This document shows, piece by piece, positions 38,041-51,404 of a stretch of 64,000 nucleotides of DNA. The stretch lies in the NCBI RefSeq assembly GCF_964355755.1, contig NC_092672.1, positions 15,624,001-15,688,000 of the forward strand. Direction: 5' to 3'. Each line of letters begins with the position of its first letter. Within the stretch, counting starts at the first letter, position 1. The notes below the pieces were generated by a model that was not told the origin of the DNA, made no database searches, and saw only the letters and a list, made by a program, of their open reading frames with translations. The DNA is from Antedon mediterranea. Lineage: Eukaryota > Animalia > Echinodermata. Both the position numbers and the translations under genes were made by a program.

Positions 38041-38798
38041 GCATAAGAATTGGCAAGTGCTGCCTGTATATATAGTATAAGTGCTGCCTGTATATATAGT
38101 ATAAGTTCTGCCTATATATAGTATATATTATAAACAAATCAGGCAAAGAACATTAATTCTAAACCGCCCGGTGATATACTGAAATTTAATTAATCAATTT
38201 GAAACGATAAAGATGAGGAAATCTGTGAGAATGAGAAAAAGTCGCCCCAACCGAGACTCGAACTAGTATATATAATATTATATATATTATATATATATAT
38301 TAAACAGTATATATTATATATATATATTACATAGCCTATTTAAATACATGGTCAATTTCGTGCCTAGCTTACTTGATTACATGATTGGTTGAAACTGCAT
38401 CACGTGACTACTGCTGAGAGGGTTGTAAATCATATATTTCCTTGAGTACGATGATATTGACGGAGTAATTTCATGATACTGTACTACGTTTTACACGCCG
38501 CGCCACACAACTTGCTTGAAGAAATAAATCAACTATTTAAACTATGCATACATAGTGCCCTTATTTGTTATTCGCCCTCTATAGACGTGACGAAATACAG
38601 TTTGTGATTGGTCAATACTCACGGTAGTAACCTGGTACGCGCGGCGGGTTGAACATCCGGTGATTCGGCTCGAAGAAGACAAATATTATTTATTCGGCCT
38701 ACCTGATAATAATATTATTATTCAATGTAGGCTTATTGATGGAAATTCTTCTGTTAATTAAAACGACCTAGGCCTAAGTGAATATTAATATTATATAT

Positions 38799-38826
38799 AA
38801 CTAGCAGTAACCCATGCTCCGCACAG
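38799..38826 (-). mobile_element. Helitron-like 3' terminus
   Basis: Minus strand CTGTGCGGAGCATGGG hairpin followed by TTACTGCTAG-T. Confidence 0.45.
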
Positions 38827-39334
38827 TCTTTTTCTGCCTTAATATGTTGTTATATACTTTAAATGGGCAAGTGTAATAACAGCGCACTTTGATAAAAGTA
38901 CATTGACAAATTATTAAAATAAAAACAAATTGTATCACGAATAAAATTCGGAACTACTGTATTTCAATATATGTAGGCTAAAAATTAGGGCAATAGTACA
39001 GTGGATATGGAACTTTAGACTTTACTTTCGACTGGAAAATAAAAGACGCTAAAGAAAAGTTGTGTTGTGTAAATTAGATGCGTGCAAATACATAACGAAA
39101 GTATAAAAATGCCAAACTATATTATTTTGTGTGTTTTTCGTGGTGTATTAATTATTTGATACGTATAGATAAAAAAAAGTGGAGAAAAATCGAATGCAAA
39201 CACATTGCTGCGGTAACACGAATTAAGTTTATTCATTTTATATTTGATTTTTATTTCAATGGTTTTAAAATGTTGCAATTTTTTTGTATGGGAGATTTGT
39301 TACACATGCATATCAAAGCCGATAAATTTAAGAG

Positions 39335-39432
39335 TGCCGAATCATCTCAGGGCCAAATAATCCCGGGTCGAATAGTCCCAGGGCCAAATTGTCCCGGGCT
39401 GAATCGTCTCGGGCCGAATCGTCCCACTACCC
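39335..39432. repeat. 15-16-bp GGGCCGAATCGTCCC repeats (transposon subterminal array)
   Basis: About 6 degenerate copies. Confidence 0.6.
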
Positions 39433-39494
39433 AGTGATAACATTAATAAAACAATAAGTTGTCATAACATCTGCCTTTGGATAAAAAAAAATAA

Positions 39495-39935
39495 ATTAAG
39501 TATAAATATTGAGAAAACTAAAATTATGCTTCTGGGTACAAATCACCGATTATCAGACTATGATTTCAAGATTAATGTAAATAATTATGAATTAGATAGA
39601 GTTAATACATTTAAACGTCTTGGTGTAGTTATTGATGACCAGTTAACTTGGCATGACCATGTGAACTCTGTATCAAATAAGGTATTTGCAACTCTTTCCA
39701 TCCTTAAATGTGTAAAACCTTTTATTAATCAGTCAACTTTAAATCAACTTTATCTTTCTCTTGTTCAACCGCATTTTGAATATTGGAGTACGGTATAGTC
39801 TAAACGTTTTGATAATGATCTTGACAAACTTACTAAACTTAAAAAACGTGGAGCAAGATTAATATTAAATGCACATTTCCTCACACCTTCTAAAGATATG
39901 TTCACACCACTTGGTTGGTTAAACCTTTGTGATGT
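39495..39935 (+). mobile_element. CR1/L2 LINE RT C-terminus, 5' piece of the outer element
   Basis: INIEKTKIMLLGT..LGVVIDDQLTWHDHV..LVQPHFEY..GARLIL..LGWLNL; resumes at 45668. Confidence 0.8.
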
Positions 39936-41965
39936 ATTTGATCTCAAACGATCGTCTAAACCACATCACAGAAGACTTCAGAAAGGTAAAATTGTAGTTA
40001 TCGGAGACTCTATCCCTAAGCATTTAGATGGGAAGCGGATGTCTCGTCGCATGGAGGTTGTAAACGCCTGTATTCCTGGCGGCAATGTCGAAACATGGCT
40101 CAAATTGGTACCTGACATGATTTCAGAAATTCAACCAACCTGTGTAATTTTACATATTGGTATCAACAACAGGAATTCCTGCTCTGCATATGATTGTGTG
40201 CATCTAATTGATAATCTTTGTTCACTCATCTACACACTGAACAATTCAATAACCATAGCTACAGTATCTCATCACTCACTCATGTTCAACCTAAGACCAT
40301 CAGCAACTCCAATGAAAACCAGCAATGGATACATGAAGTCAACTGCATGTTGCAGTATCTATGCCAACAGTATCACATAAGCTTTATCGATAACAGTAAT
40401 ATCATCGAGAAACATCTAGCTAGAGATGGACTTCATTTGAATGGACATGGAATTAAGCGTCTAGCAATGAACTACATAAATTTTTTAAGGGAATGTTTAT
40501 ACAAGATAACTTAAGGACAGACAAGATAAAAATTGGAAAATGTGGACACTGTTTTAAACATATAAGAACTAACGAACAATATATAACGTGTGACTCGTGT
40601 ACTTTAGAATTTCATCACACTTGTGTCAACTACAATGGTGATAAACATAACCCCACATGGTTTTTTAAAAATGCTACTACTAATTTACCATTTTTTAATG
40701 AATCAATTAAATTTGACTTTTTCTTAATTAAAGGTTTTAAAGATCACCCATCTTAACGTTCAAAGTCTACGTAATAAAGTAGACCAAATTTCTGTTCTAC
40801 TACATGAACATAACATTGATATTCTCTGTCTTACAGAGACCTGGTTAAATAAGGATATTTCAAATAGCGAACTTTATATTAATGGGTTTACTATTTGTAG
40901 AGATGACAGAAAGCATAAGGAGGGTGGTGATATCCTATGTTATGTTAATGATAAGATAGCACATAAACAAATGTCTTTGGATTGAATTTCACTTACCTCA
41001 TAATAAACCATTTGTTATTGGGACCGTTTATAGGCCCCCCAGTGCTAAGGCTGAGTACCTTGAAAACCTTGATAATTTATTACAATCTTATTCATCCTCA
41101 TATAATGATATGATAATTATGGGTGATTTAAACCTTGATTTCAAGAAAAAATGTAACCAGTCAAAAATTAAAAAACTTTCTAACCATAGTGGTCTATCAC
41201 AACTAATAGATCAACCAACAAGAATCACTGACTCCTCAACTCAAACAATTTTGGATTTAATTTTTGTATCAAATCCAAATAAGTATACAAATTATGGTAC
41301 TAGGAGTATTGGAATAAGTGACCATTCACTAATTTATACTGTTCGGAAAAACCAAAAAATGAAATCTGAACCAAAAACTATAAATATTAGATCTTTTAGG
41401 AAATTCAATGAACATAAATTTACTGAAACAATAAGAAATTTAAATTGGAACTTAGTGTTTCAATCAACTAATACGGATGAAGCTTTAAAAATTTGGACAA
41501 ACCTCTTTAAAGAAGCGTGTGACATCCATGCTCCATTCAAAATTAAGCGTATTAAATGGATCACTCTAGAATATCTTAGATTAAGCAGGGAGTTAAGTAA
41601 AGACCGAGACTACTTCTTTTCTAAAGCTCATAAAACAAATGACCCTGCTGATTGGGCAAAAGCTAAACAATTCAGAAATAAAGCTAACAACATGAATCGT
41701 CACCTTCAAAAGAAATGTTGTTCTACTGCAATTAATGAAAATGTTAAAAACCCCAAAATGATTTGGAAAACTATTAAAAGTATTATACATGATGATAAAA
41801 AACAATCAATTAACTCCCTTATAACTGAGAATGAAGTTGTCTCTGATGACATTAAAATAGCTAACAAATTTAACTGTTATTTTTCTTCTATTGGAGAGTC
41901 TTTAGCATGTAAAATTGTCAGTGATTCTAACAATACTAATGAAACTTCTTTTAACAGTAAATTTT

Positions 41966-43043
41966 CGGGTGTCACGAAACCTAAGACCACGAAAGCTAAG
42001 ACCCCCTAAGACCTAAGATCACGAAAGCCAAGACCCAAGACATAAGATTACAAATTCTAAGATAAACTACAGCTTAAAAACAATACTTGTTTATCCATAC
42101 ATAATTTTAAACACAGTAGGTTTCATTTATTACCATAAATATAATTTAATACTACCGCAAAACATAGATAAACTCACATTATTTTCGCCCGTTGAGTAAA
42201 TGTATATTTTTTCTTTACAACAAACAAACTTGACAGGTTGTTTGTTGGTATATATTTACTCCAATGTGTTGGTTCAGAGGATGTTTTTCTTACGCACCTG
42301 CCTTTCTTGTATTTTGACTCCAAATTTGTTGACTAACTTTATCCTGAATACCACACTTTAAAATTAGGACTTATAAGTACTTTCAGAAGGAGAAACACAT
42401 AATAACAAATAAATAAATCCTTTAAATTGATGATTTTACAGACGTGTTTCTTTGTATACTGTAATGTAACTCCTCGAGCTCCCCATGCTCAATGTTTTTG
42501 TTTCTATGGAGCGCCAAAAGAGCAACAATAATAGTACAAGTATAAAAACAGAACGAAAACGAAACAAAAAAATTTATCATGATTTTTAAGTTAAAATTTA
42601 TTTGCCAGTATTTATTTCTTCGTACTTGCATGATTATACTATTATCATTACAATTTTAATTTTACATTGTTCCATCCACACTGTAGATGGACTCCACAGA
42701 GTTTTCAGCCCTCTATATAATTTTTGCTCTTTTGACGTTCCATAGAAACAAAAACGTTGAACATGGGGTAGGCCTACTAGTGTACTGTAGGCTAGTCATT
42801 TTGTGTGTGAGAAAAACGTCTGTAAAATCATCAATTTAAAAATGTATTTGTTACTTTTTATGTGATTCTTTTTCATGAAAGTGCCAATTCTAAGGTGTGG
42901 TATTCAGAATAAATGTTGGGAGTTAAAATACAAGGCAGATGCGAAAGATAAATATTTGTAATCTTAGGTCTTGGATCTTAGCTTTCGTGATCTTAGGTCT
43001 TAGGGGGTCTTAGCTTTCGTGGTCTTAGGTTTCGTGACACCCG
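41966..43043. mobile_element. Mutator/foldback-like MITE with long TIRs, TSD TAAATTTT (8-10 bp depending on the terminus chosen)
   Basis: About 90-bp TIR CGGGTGTCACGAAACCTAAGACC.. plus an inner inverted pair 42340-42525/42720-42910. Removal restores the LINE frame NSKFSFD. Confidence 0.9.
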
Positions 43044-44325
43044 TAAATTTTCTTTTGATTTGATTGCACCAGAAGTAGTTTTTGATAAAACAACAAAGCT
43101 TCTGGTATTGATAATCTTGATTTAAAGTTACTTAAACTTGCCTCTCCTATTATCTGCCACTCACTTACTCACATTATAAATTTATCATTAACCGCAGCTA
43201 CATTTCCATCAGCCTGGAAAGTTGCTAAAGTTACCCCAATTTTTTTAAAGATGGGGAAAGATCTAATACAGAAAACTATAGACCAATTTCTGTCCTACCT
43301 ATATTATCAAAAATCATTGAACGATTTGTTTACAATCAACTTTATGAATATCTAACATATAACAATATTATAACTCAATGCCAATCAGGATTTAGAAATT
43401 TTCACTCTACTAATATTGCACTTATTGATGTTTCTGAATACGTGCTTAATAATCTTAACAATGGCAAAGTCACTGCTGCCATTTTTCTTGATTTAAAAAA
43501 GGCTTTCGACACAGTTGACCATAAACTTCTATTAATTAAACTTGAACAACATGGGATCAGAGGTACTACACTGAACTGGTTCTCAACATACCTTTCTGGA
43601 AGGTCACAGATTGTTAAAATGAACTCAAAATTATCTGAATCTAAAGATGTTACTATTGGTGTGCCTCAAGGATCCATCCTTGGGCCACTTCTATTTATTA
43701 TTTATGTAAATTCCTTACCAGAAATTATAACTCCTAATTCAAAATGTGCAATGTTTGCTGATGAAACTAATGTCCTTTGTTCTGCCTCTGATCCTATCGA
43801 ATTACAATCTATTATTAATAAAAATGTTGCTAATATATCAAAATGGTTTAAAACAAACAAACTAACAATTAACGTTAAGAAAACCAAATTCATGCTATTT
43901 AGTTCCAAACATAATTTTCCAAACTTTTGTAATATTTCTTGTTTAATTAATGATAACATTGTAGATAGGGTCGATAGTTTTAACTATTTAGGAATCACGT
44001 TTGATACATTTTTTAAGTGGGGAAAACATATTGAGAATATTTGCTCAAAGATTTCCCAACGTATTGGTGTTATACGTAGATTAAGTTTCATTCCAAATTT
44101 TTCTCTTAAGCTCTTAGCAAATGCCTTAGTTTTATCATTTTTTGATTATTGTAGTCCCGTTTGGTCCAACTGTTCATCGGCGCACCTTAATTCACTCCAA
44201 ATATTGTTAAATAGACTTGCCAGAATTATCTTATATGCTGATATTAGAACACCTGTTGATTATCTCATGACATCACTTATTTGGAAACATATAAATCAAC
44301 GATGGGACCATAATATTCTTATAAT

Positions 44326-45241
44326 AGGCCCGTTCATATCGAACTTAGGGCGAGATAAATTTACTAGATTAACGAGATGATGTCGCCATAACTTCGATGT
44401 GAACGAATTATTAGGGCGAGATGAAGGAATTTCCTCGACTACGGTCAGTCAAGGCCATCGCCTCGACGGAATAGTAAATCCACTGGTAAAGCTAGAAAAC
44501 GATTAAGGTAATTAACACAGCATGAGGCATTCAGAATTGGAGGTCACCAATACACCAATCAGATTAAAGCAAATTTCAACTTTGACATATAAACATCAAC
44601 AAATTAGCTTTATTTCTGAACCACATGTTAACTGAGAGCGACGATCTGTCATATTACTATTTAAAAACTTATTTCAATACATCTGTACCGCATTCATCAT
44701 GTCCGAAAAAGTAAAAGCGAAGACAAAAAATGTTACATCTAGGCTTGTATGTAAAAGAAACATGATCTCCCCAAGTTCGCGCTGTTCCTCGGCATATCGT
44801 AGGTATCTGTCGTTGTTGTTCGCTGGGATTCCATGCAGCTATAAACGAACTCAACTAACGCAAACAGCAGCAAAGCAGTACCTTCATCTAGTTCAGTGTC
44901 GTGTCGTCATTAATCATTTGTAAAAATATAGGTAAAAACCCCGATAATAATAACTGAGGAAGCATTGTGTCGACGGATCGTTAAGCAGTACTCGAAAAAG
45001 AAGAAGAAGGTGGTAGAATGGGTGCGTATACACACAAGGAATAGCCCACAATAAAGTGCCCTAACCTGTTCAACTGTACTTCCTGTTTGTGTCGGCGGGG
45101 TCGCGAGCACGTGATGCTTAAGTTATCTCGCCCTAACATGAGCCGTCGAACGCAATTTAATGAATTTAATCGAATTACCGCTCTCGTAAAATTTAACTAG
45201 ATCAGTACTTATCTCGCCCTAAGTTCGATATGAACCCAACT
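44326..45241. mobile_element. Harbinger/ISL2EU-like MITE inside the LINE RT tail
   Basis: TIR core GTTCATATCGAACTTAGGGCGAGATAA / TTATCTCGCCCTAAGTTCGATATGAAC. Removal joins ..HNILI to MTFKCL. Confidence 0.8.
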
Positions 45242-45667
45242 TATGACCTTTAAATGTTTAACAGGTATTGTTCCCGATTACCTAATTGATTTTTATGATT
45301 TTATTGATAATTATCATAATTTAAATACAAGAAGCAAATCGAAAAACACTTTAGTCTTACCAAAATGGCATAATGATTCTGGTAAAAGAACATTTCAATA
45401 CCGCTCAGTCAAACTCTGGAATAATCTTTCACCAGATATTCGCAGCTCTATAAATTCATTAACTTTGCAATCGTTTAAAAATTTGATCTAACTGGTTTTT
45501 TTCTCTTGCTTCTTGTGATATTGTAGTCTTTAATGAACGTTTTCATAATTTTCCATTTTTATTGTTTATATTTGTAATTTGTAAGTGTTAACTGGACTTC
45601 AAGGAAGAACAATGTACAAATATTGAATGAATATCCAGAATAAAGAAAGATTTCTATCTATCTATCT

Positions 45668-46041
45668 AAGTGTTTAAATGAAGATGTACCCGAATACCTT
45701 AAATCATATTTTAAATTTTCTAATGAAAATCATGATCATTTTACAAGAAATAGTTGCAAATCACTTTCCCTGGAAAATGTAAAACAGAGTACTATAAGCA
45801 TTCATTTAAATGAAAAGGTGCTGATCTTTTTTAACACATTAAGTGAAGAAACTAAATTGTCAAGTAATTTAAATGTTTTCAAAAGTAACTTTAAGGCATT
45901 ACTGTAGTGTATTGTGTTACTGTTATTTTTATATTTTAGATTAAAATGTACTATTGTACCCAGGGCCCCAAGGGAGACCAGTCTTTTTGACTGATTGGGC
46001 CACCCTGGTTAAATATTGTTAATAAATAAATAAATAAATAA
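45668..46041 (+). mobile_element. 3' piece of the outer CR1/L2 LINE with stem-loop tail and (TAAA)n
   Basis: KCLNEDVPEYLKSYF..HDHFTRN; tail CCAGGGCCCCAAGGGAGACCAGTC..GACTGATTGGGCCACCCTGG; AATAAATAAA. Confidence 0.8.
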
Positions 46042-46540
46042 GCTTCTTGTTTGTTGTGTTATAACATTAACAATGTAGCTCGGACTGAAGTACTGTAATT
46101 CTTTTTATTTCATTTCATTTATTTTTTTTACCTACAAACCATAACGTAAACTACAACAGAGGAAAAAATTATTTTGTGCGTGCTTTAAACATTAGTTACT
46201 ACTCCCTCTATAGAGCACAACCGTTTACTCTATCAATAGAGTTAATGTCCTGTGAGGCCTCCGTACTTTTATCGGCAGGCGATTTATTTGTGAAGTATGC
46301 TCAATTATTAATTGATTAAAAATAGTTTAAACAAAAAATTATCGACTTTTTACAATGTTATGCTTGCAGAATGTTGTAGACAACTGGTGAGTAGGTTGGT
46401 TGAAGTATTGCAACAATTTTGAGTAATTTTAAGAGGTGGGTACGAAACTGCATTAGCGCCCAATCTATAATAGATGCAGATACAATATTGCAACAATTTT
46501 ATTCAGATTTCAAATTTTTACAACATTAAAGTCGGCCTAT

Positions 46541-46682
46541 ACAAAGTCGCTTCATCGCAACGTTTCCCCAAAACAAAGTCACCCGGACACAGTCTCCCCA
46601 TCGCAAAGTCACCTCATCGCAGAGTCGCCCCAACGCAAAGTCATCCCCAACACAAAGTCGCCCCCATCGCAAAGTCGTCCCA
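46541..46682 (-). repeat. Degenerate inverted copies (about 8) of the 16-bp unit of the 50001 array
   Basis: Variants of ATCGCAAAGTCGCCCC. Confidence 0.8.
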
Positions 46683-48649
46683 AAACGTTAAAATAGTTTA
46701 CAAGTGAGTAAAATGTCGCAATGATACACAAAATAACACGGAACGTGTAGGCATAAAAGGGGAAGCCCCGCACTGCACACAAGCGGCATGCTCCCATCAG
46801 AGAGGAAGCCCCGACTAATCACTCCGCGGTTGCACTAACGAGCTATCTCACCAGAGGGAAACCCCCGTAATTACTCTGCCATTGTCGCACTACAACGCAC
46901 CATCTGAAGAAAGGGAAACACCGCCGAAGTCACTCCGACTTTTACGATGATATTGGTCGTCAGTCAGTCAGCCGCGTTTAATTTTGGTCGCGATAATGTG
47001 ATGTTACGATCTAGATTATTTTTACTTTGTTCGATGAATATGGATTATTATTAATAATTTAATTTTTTTTATTTTACAGATCTATGATGAGAAAGATGTG
47101 TGCCTTAAAAATTACAATTTGTAAAAATAGTTTAAGATAAAAGTATTATTCGGCCTAATGGCATTTAACAGTAGATGAATTATTTAAATGTGAATATTTT
47201 ATAGGGAACGTAGGCTACGCCGTAACAAATTACGTAAAAACACAAATTTATTTATAAACATTCAGTTTACTATTAGTATTACAATGAACAATTCATTATA
47301 AGGCTGGAAAGGTAATCCCATCATTATCCATTATATCACCACTATATGTTGTAAATGATGACATAAGTGTGCGTGTTCATCGTACGTCCGTGTATGTATT
47401 ATTCCGTGCCTCTTCACTGTCTTGTTTAATTTAAAATTAAATAAACACCCGATATGAGGATATTTATTAGGTATGATAATTAAAATGTTCTATAACCAAA
47501 AGGGTTGAGAGGAATTTCTTCAGTAAAAGGTTGTGCTGTTGATTAAAAGGCCACTCAATGTGAAACCAATCGGAGCTGCGCTTTCTGACAGCTGTTTCCT
47601 CACAGCTGCTACGTCTTTCTGCTGACCATCGGAGATTCCCCTTTTTAAAAAACATGCACATAATACTGTACAATGGTTTTTCCATGGTCAAAATGTTTTA
47701 ATTTTACTAAAATACCTGCATGTAAAACGATCATATCGGCGATGAAATCCTTTTTTTAGCATTTTCGCGCCGCGGCTCTAGCCAGCTATGTCCCAGGAGG
47801 ACACATTCATTAACAAGCTGTTTCATAGCGGTAGCTTTAGTATCTAAGGCTGACAGTTTTGTGAATTTGGAAACTCGACTATAATTTATAGGTAGCTGCT
47901 GGACCCAAAAAACGTCTGGGAGAAGAGAGTCTATATGAAAGCCTTTGCTGATAATACAGTATTATTTAGATGTAGACGGAAATCTGTAAAATCTTGTTCA
48001 ATAAATAATAACTTCGTTTTTGCTGTCAACCAGGCCGGTGTTATAATAAGTCACTGTCAAATAATCATTCGATAATGGTCAAAACTTTATTTTGGCTCTG
48101 TCAACATAAAGGGAGGTATTTACAATGACTTTCTTTTGACTGTCAATCTAGGCCAATGTTATAATAATACGCCGTCAGATATTAAATCATTGAAACAGTC
48201 CTGGTAAATTTTTTTTTGGTTATCAGATGCCGTGGGGGGGGGGGGGGGTCTAATTAATTATCGTCAGAAGGTGAACAATCAGTCTAGGTAGCAGCAGCAG
48301 ATTATTATTAACGCCTGCTCCATTAATTAATCCAGAAAAAGGTTTGTACATTATCTATTTGTTTATTAGCCTTCTCCTAACACAATTATATTTTCTTTAA
48401 AAAAAGGTTTTATAAGTGGTTTCAACATTTATGATAGTAATGTCACAGTTCTGTGTCTGGACGCAAGTTCATAGACCTACTAGTTATATTATTCATATTA
48501 ACTGATACTTACTCTTCATTTACCGTAAAGTTCAGATTTAATGAAATATATAATATAAATTGGCTTCGTAACAATTAATTAGTGTTAGTTTTTTGGTGAT
48601 AGGTGAAAATGACATGTAACTTCGTAATCAATTTATTTTTTTTGTATAA

Positions 48650-49010
48650 AGGCCCAGTTACACTATGACGATAACGACGGACGATAAATATATAGCATGC
48701 ATTTTTTTTACATAAACCAAAAGAAATTAGAAAGGTTTTCGTTCTAGACCTATAGGATAATCATTTATGCTGTCTTTGATAAAAATAATGTTTTTCAAAT
48801 TCCAATCAAATGACGTCATGATAAATAAAAACAATAAAATCGCTGTATTGTCACGATATTAATGGTCTTACTAATCATGACGTCATTTGATTGTACGTGT
48901 GAAAATATAATTTTCATCAAAGGAATTGTTTATATTTCTTTTGGTTTATGTATTAAAAATGCATATTTGTCTATTTATCGTCGATCGTTATCGTCCTAGT
49001 GTATGGGCCT
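48650..49010. mobile_element. Palindromic Harbinger-like MITE
   Basis: Ends AGGCCCAGTTACACTATGACGATAACGA / TCGTTATCGTCCTAGTGTATGGGCCT. Internal inverted pair CAATCAAATGACGTCATGAT / ATCATGACGTCATTTGATTG. Confidence 0.75.
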
Positions 49011-50000
49011 TATGCTGTAAATGTTTAATTAATTGATCATTCCGATTTCATTAGTTGGACTCTTGCACAGTTGCTGTCTAATCGTTGTTGTGTAATATCA
49101 TTTCGAACCATATTAAAATCATAAAGAGATTCATATTCCTTAACATGTGGCTGTGCATGGAAGTCCGGTCTACAAAAACTCGGGCCCGGGATCATTGTTA
49201 TTGGGCCTGAAAGTGTTGGTGAATTCATAATTATACTTAATATTATATTTATATATATATATAATTATATTATTATACAATTGAAAGCAAAACCCGTTGA
49301 ATCTCAAATCATTAGGACTAGAAATTTGGCTTATCAATCAAATAAATACTTTCGTTCAAAATGAAACTCCAACCTCTCTAATCAAAAGATTGAACTCAAA
49401 ACGACCTATTATATTAGATTAATGAAGGCTGTTCTTACAACTGTCCAGTCAAAAAGTTACGCGGCGTTTTTTGTAAGAAATATTTCTTGTTTATTTCTTC
49501 ATTTTGAAAAGTTATAATAAAATTTAATAAAAATAGACATATAACTTGTCAATAAATGCAAAATGATCAATAAGTAGCCTATAACACTCATTGTCTTACA
49601 ACGCTGTTTGTTTAACTAATCTATACGAACTACACATTTATTATCCTGAAAAAATGAGCTGGTATCCACTTGTAGGTTGAAGAAAGATTCGTAATTGTGG
49701 CTCTGGTAACTAATTTTAAAATCATATTAAATTAACATTTTCGAAACTATAAATCAGGGATAATCTTTTAGAACTTTCAAACAAGGAACTATTTTTTTAT
49801 TGATTTTCAAAAAGCATATTACTCCATTAAACCTGTAAAATAAAATTAAAACACAAATTATGTATATAATAGGATAAACATATAATGTATACGACATTTA
49901 GTGCGACCAAAGTAACAACGTGATCTATATCAAACGTATCCGATATGATTAAAACAGCTTACTACTAGTAGCGGCGGTGCTCGATACCGAATTACAACTG

Positions 50001-50848
50001 GGGGCGACTTTGCGATGGGGCGACTTTGCGATGGGGCGACTTTGCGATGGGGCGACTTTGCGATGGGGCGACTTTGCGATGGGGCGACTTTGCGATGGGG
50101 CGACTTTGCGATGGGGCGACTTTGCGATGGGGCGACTTTGCGATGGGGCGACTTTGCGATGGGGCGACTTTGCGATGGGGCGACTTTGCGATGGGGCGAC
50201 TTTGCGATGGGGCGACTTTGCGATGGGGCGACTTTGCGATGGGGCGACTTTGCGATGGGGCGACTTTGCGATGGGGCGACTTTGCGATGGGGCGACTTTG
50301 CGATGGGGCGACTTTGCGATGGGGCGACTTTGCGATGGGGCGACTTTGCGATGGGGCGACTTTGCGATGGGGCGACTTTGCGATGGGGCGACTTTGCGAT
50401 GGGGCGACTTTGCGATGGGGCGACTTTGCGATGGGGCGACTTTGCGATGGGGCGACTTTGCGATGGGGCGACTTTGCGATGGGGCGACTTTGCGATGGGG
50501 CGACTTTGCGATGGGGCGACCTTGCGATGGGGCGACCTTGCGATGGGGCGACCTTACGATGGGGCGACCTTACGATGGGGCGACCTTACGATGGGGCGAC
50601 CTTACGATGGGGCGACCTTACGATGGGGCGACCTTACGATGGGGCGACCTTACGATGGGGCGACCTTACGATGGGGCGACCTTACGATGGGGCGACCTTA
50701 CGATGGGGCGACCTTACGATGGGGCGACCTTACGATGGGGCGACCTTACGATGGGGCGACCTTACGATGGGGCGACCTTACGATGGGGCGACTTTACGAT
50801 GGGGCGACTTTACGATGGGGCGACTTTACGATGGGGCGACTTTACGAT
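50001..50848. repeat. 16-bp tandem satellite, 53 copies (GGGGCGACTTTGCGAT and variants)
   Basis: Exact 16-bp period: 32x GGGGCGACTTTGCGAT, 2x GGGGCGACCTTGCGAT, 15x GGGGCGACCTTACGAT, 4x GGGGCGACTTTACGAT. Confidence 0.97.
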
Positions 50849-50924
50849 GGGGCCCGGCCTACCTATACCCATTGAGTAAAACTCCATGCTACACCACCAG
50901 GTAACAATGATTCATACCCTTCAT

Positions 50925-51260
50925 TGAATCTATTATCAGAACTTTAGAAGCATCATTAAAAACAAATTTGATACTACCATTACGATCTGTGTACTCATTT
51001 TGTGAAACTGAACTATGAATTTGTAGCCCTACGCGAAACATGGCTAAATAGTTATGTGATGGATAGTAAACTTACCCGCCAAGACCATACCACTTGCCGT
51101 AAGATGATGACGCGGAGGTGGAGTCTGTGGATGCTTTCATCGGATTCGTTTCGTACAAAACTTAGACGTCTGGATCACCTCGAAAATGATGATACTGAAT
51201 TACTATGGGTTGAAGTGAAACTTTCAAAAACTAAATTATTAGTTACTAATCGGTGTATAA
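50925..51260 (+). mobile_element. LINE APE endonuclease fragment
   Basis: EFVALRETWLNSYV..RRLDHLENDDTELLWVEVKLSKTKLLV. Confidence 0.65.
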
Positions 51261-51404
51261 TATATTACAGGGCACTTGGAATTGGGTCTGTCGATAGTCT
51301 TGTTTGTGGTGCTGTTGAGTATTGCGGGCCAAACTGTCATTTAGCCTAATCATTAAAAAAAGATATCTCTATTTAAAACTTAGATATCTTTATTTAAAAC
51401 TAAT

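Larger units (their letters stand above)
39940..45667 (+). mobile_element. Decayed CR1-group LINE with SGNH esterase ORF1 and PHD-EN-RT ORF2
   Basis: Esterase: VVIGDS..LHIGIN..DGLHLNGHG. PHD: CGHC..CDSC..FHHTC. EN: HLNVQSLRNK, LTETWL, MGDLNLD, PTRIT, ISDHSL. RT: FLDLKKAFDTV, GVPQGSILGPLLF, MFADE. 3' AATAAA plus (TCTA)n tail. Confidence 0.9.

Noticed and set aside
38240-38265. tRNA gene on the minus strand
   Set aside because: Only a B-box/3' fragment (GTTCGAGTCTCGGTTGGGGCGAC plus T-run) is present, truncated by a TA-rich tract.
50001-50848. CRISPR-like array
   Set aside because: There are no spacers and no cas genes, and the context is eukaryotic. The same applies to the 49-bp and 62568 repeats.
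49977-50904. Three ~290-aa ORFs of MGRLCDGATLRWGDFA repeats
   Set aside because: They are an arithmetic by-product of a stop-free 16-bp tandem unit (3 x 16 nt = 16 aa in every frame). There is no evidence of a gene.
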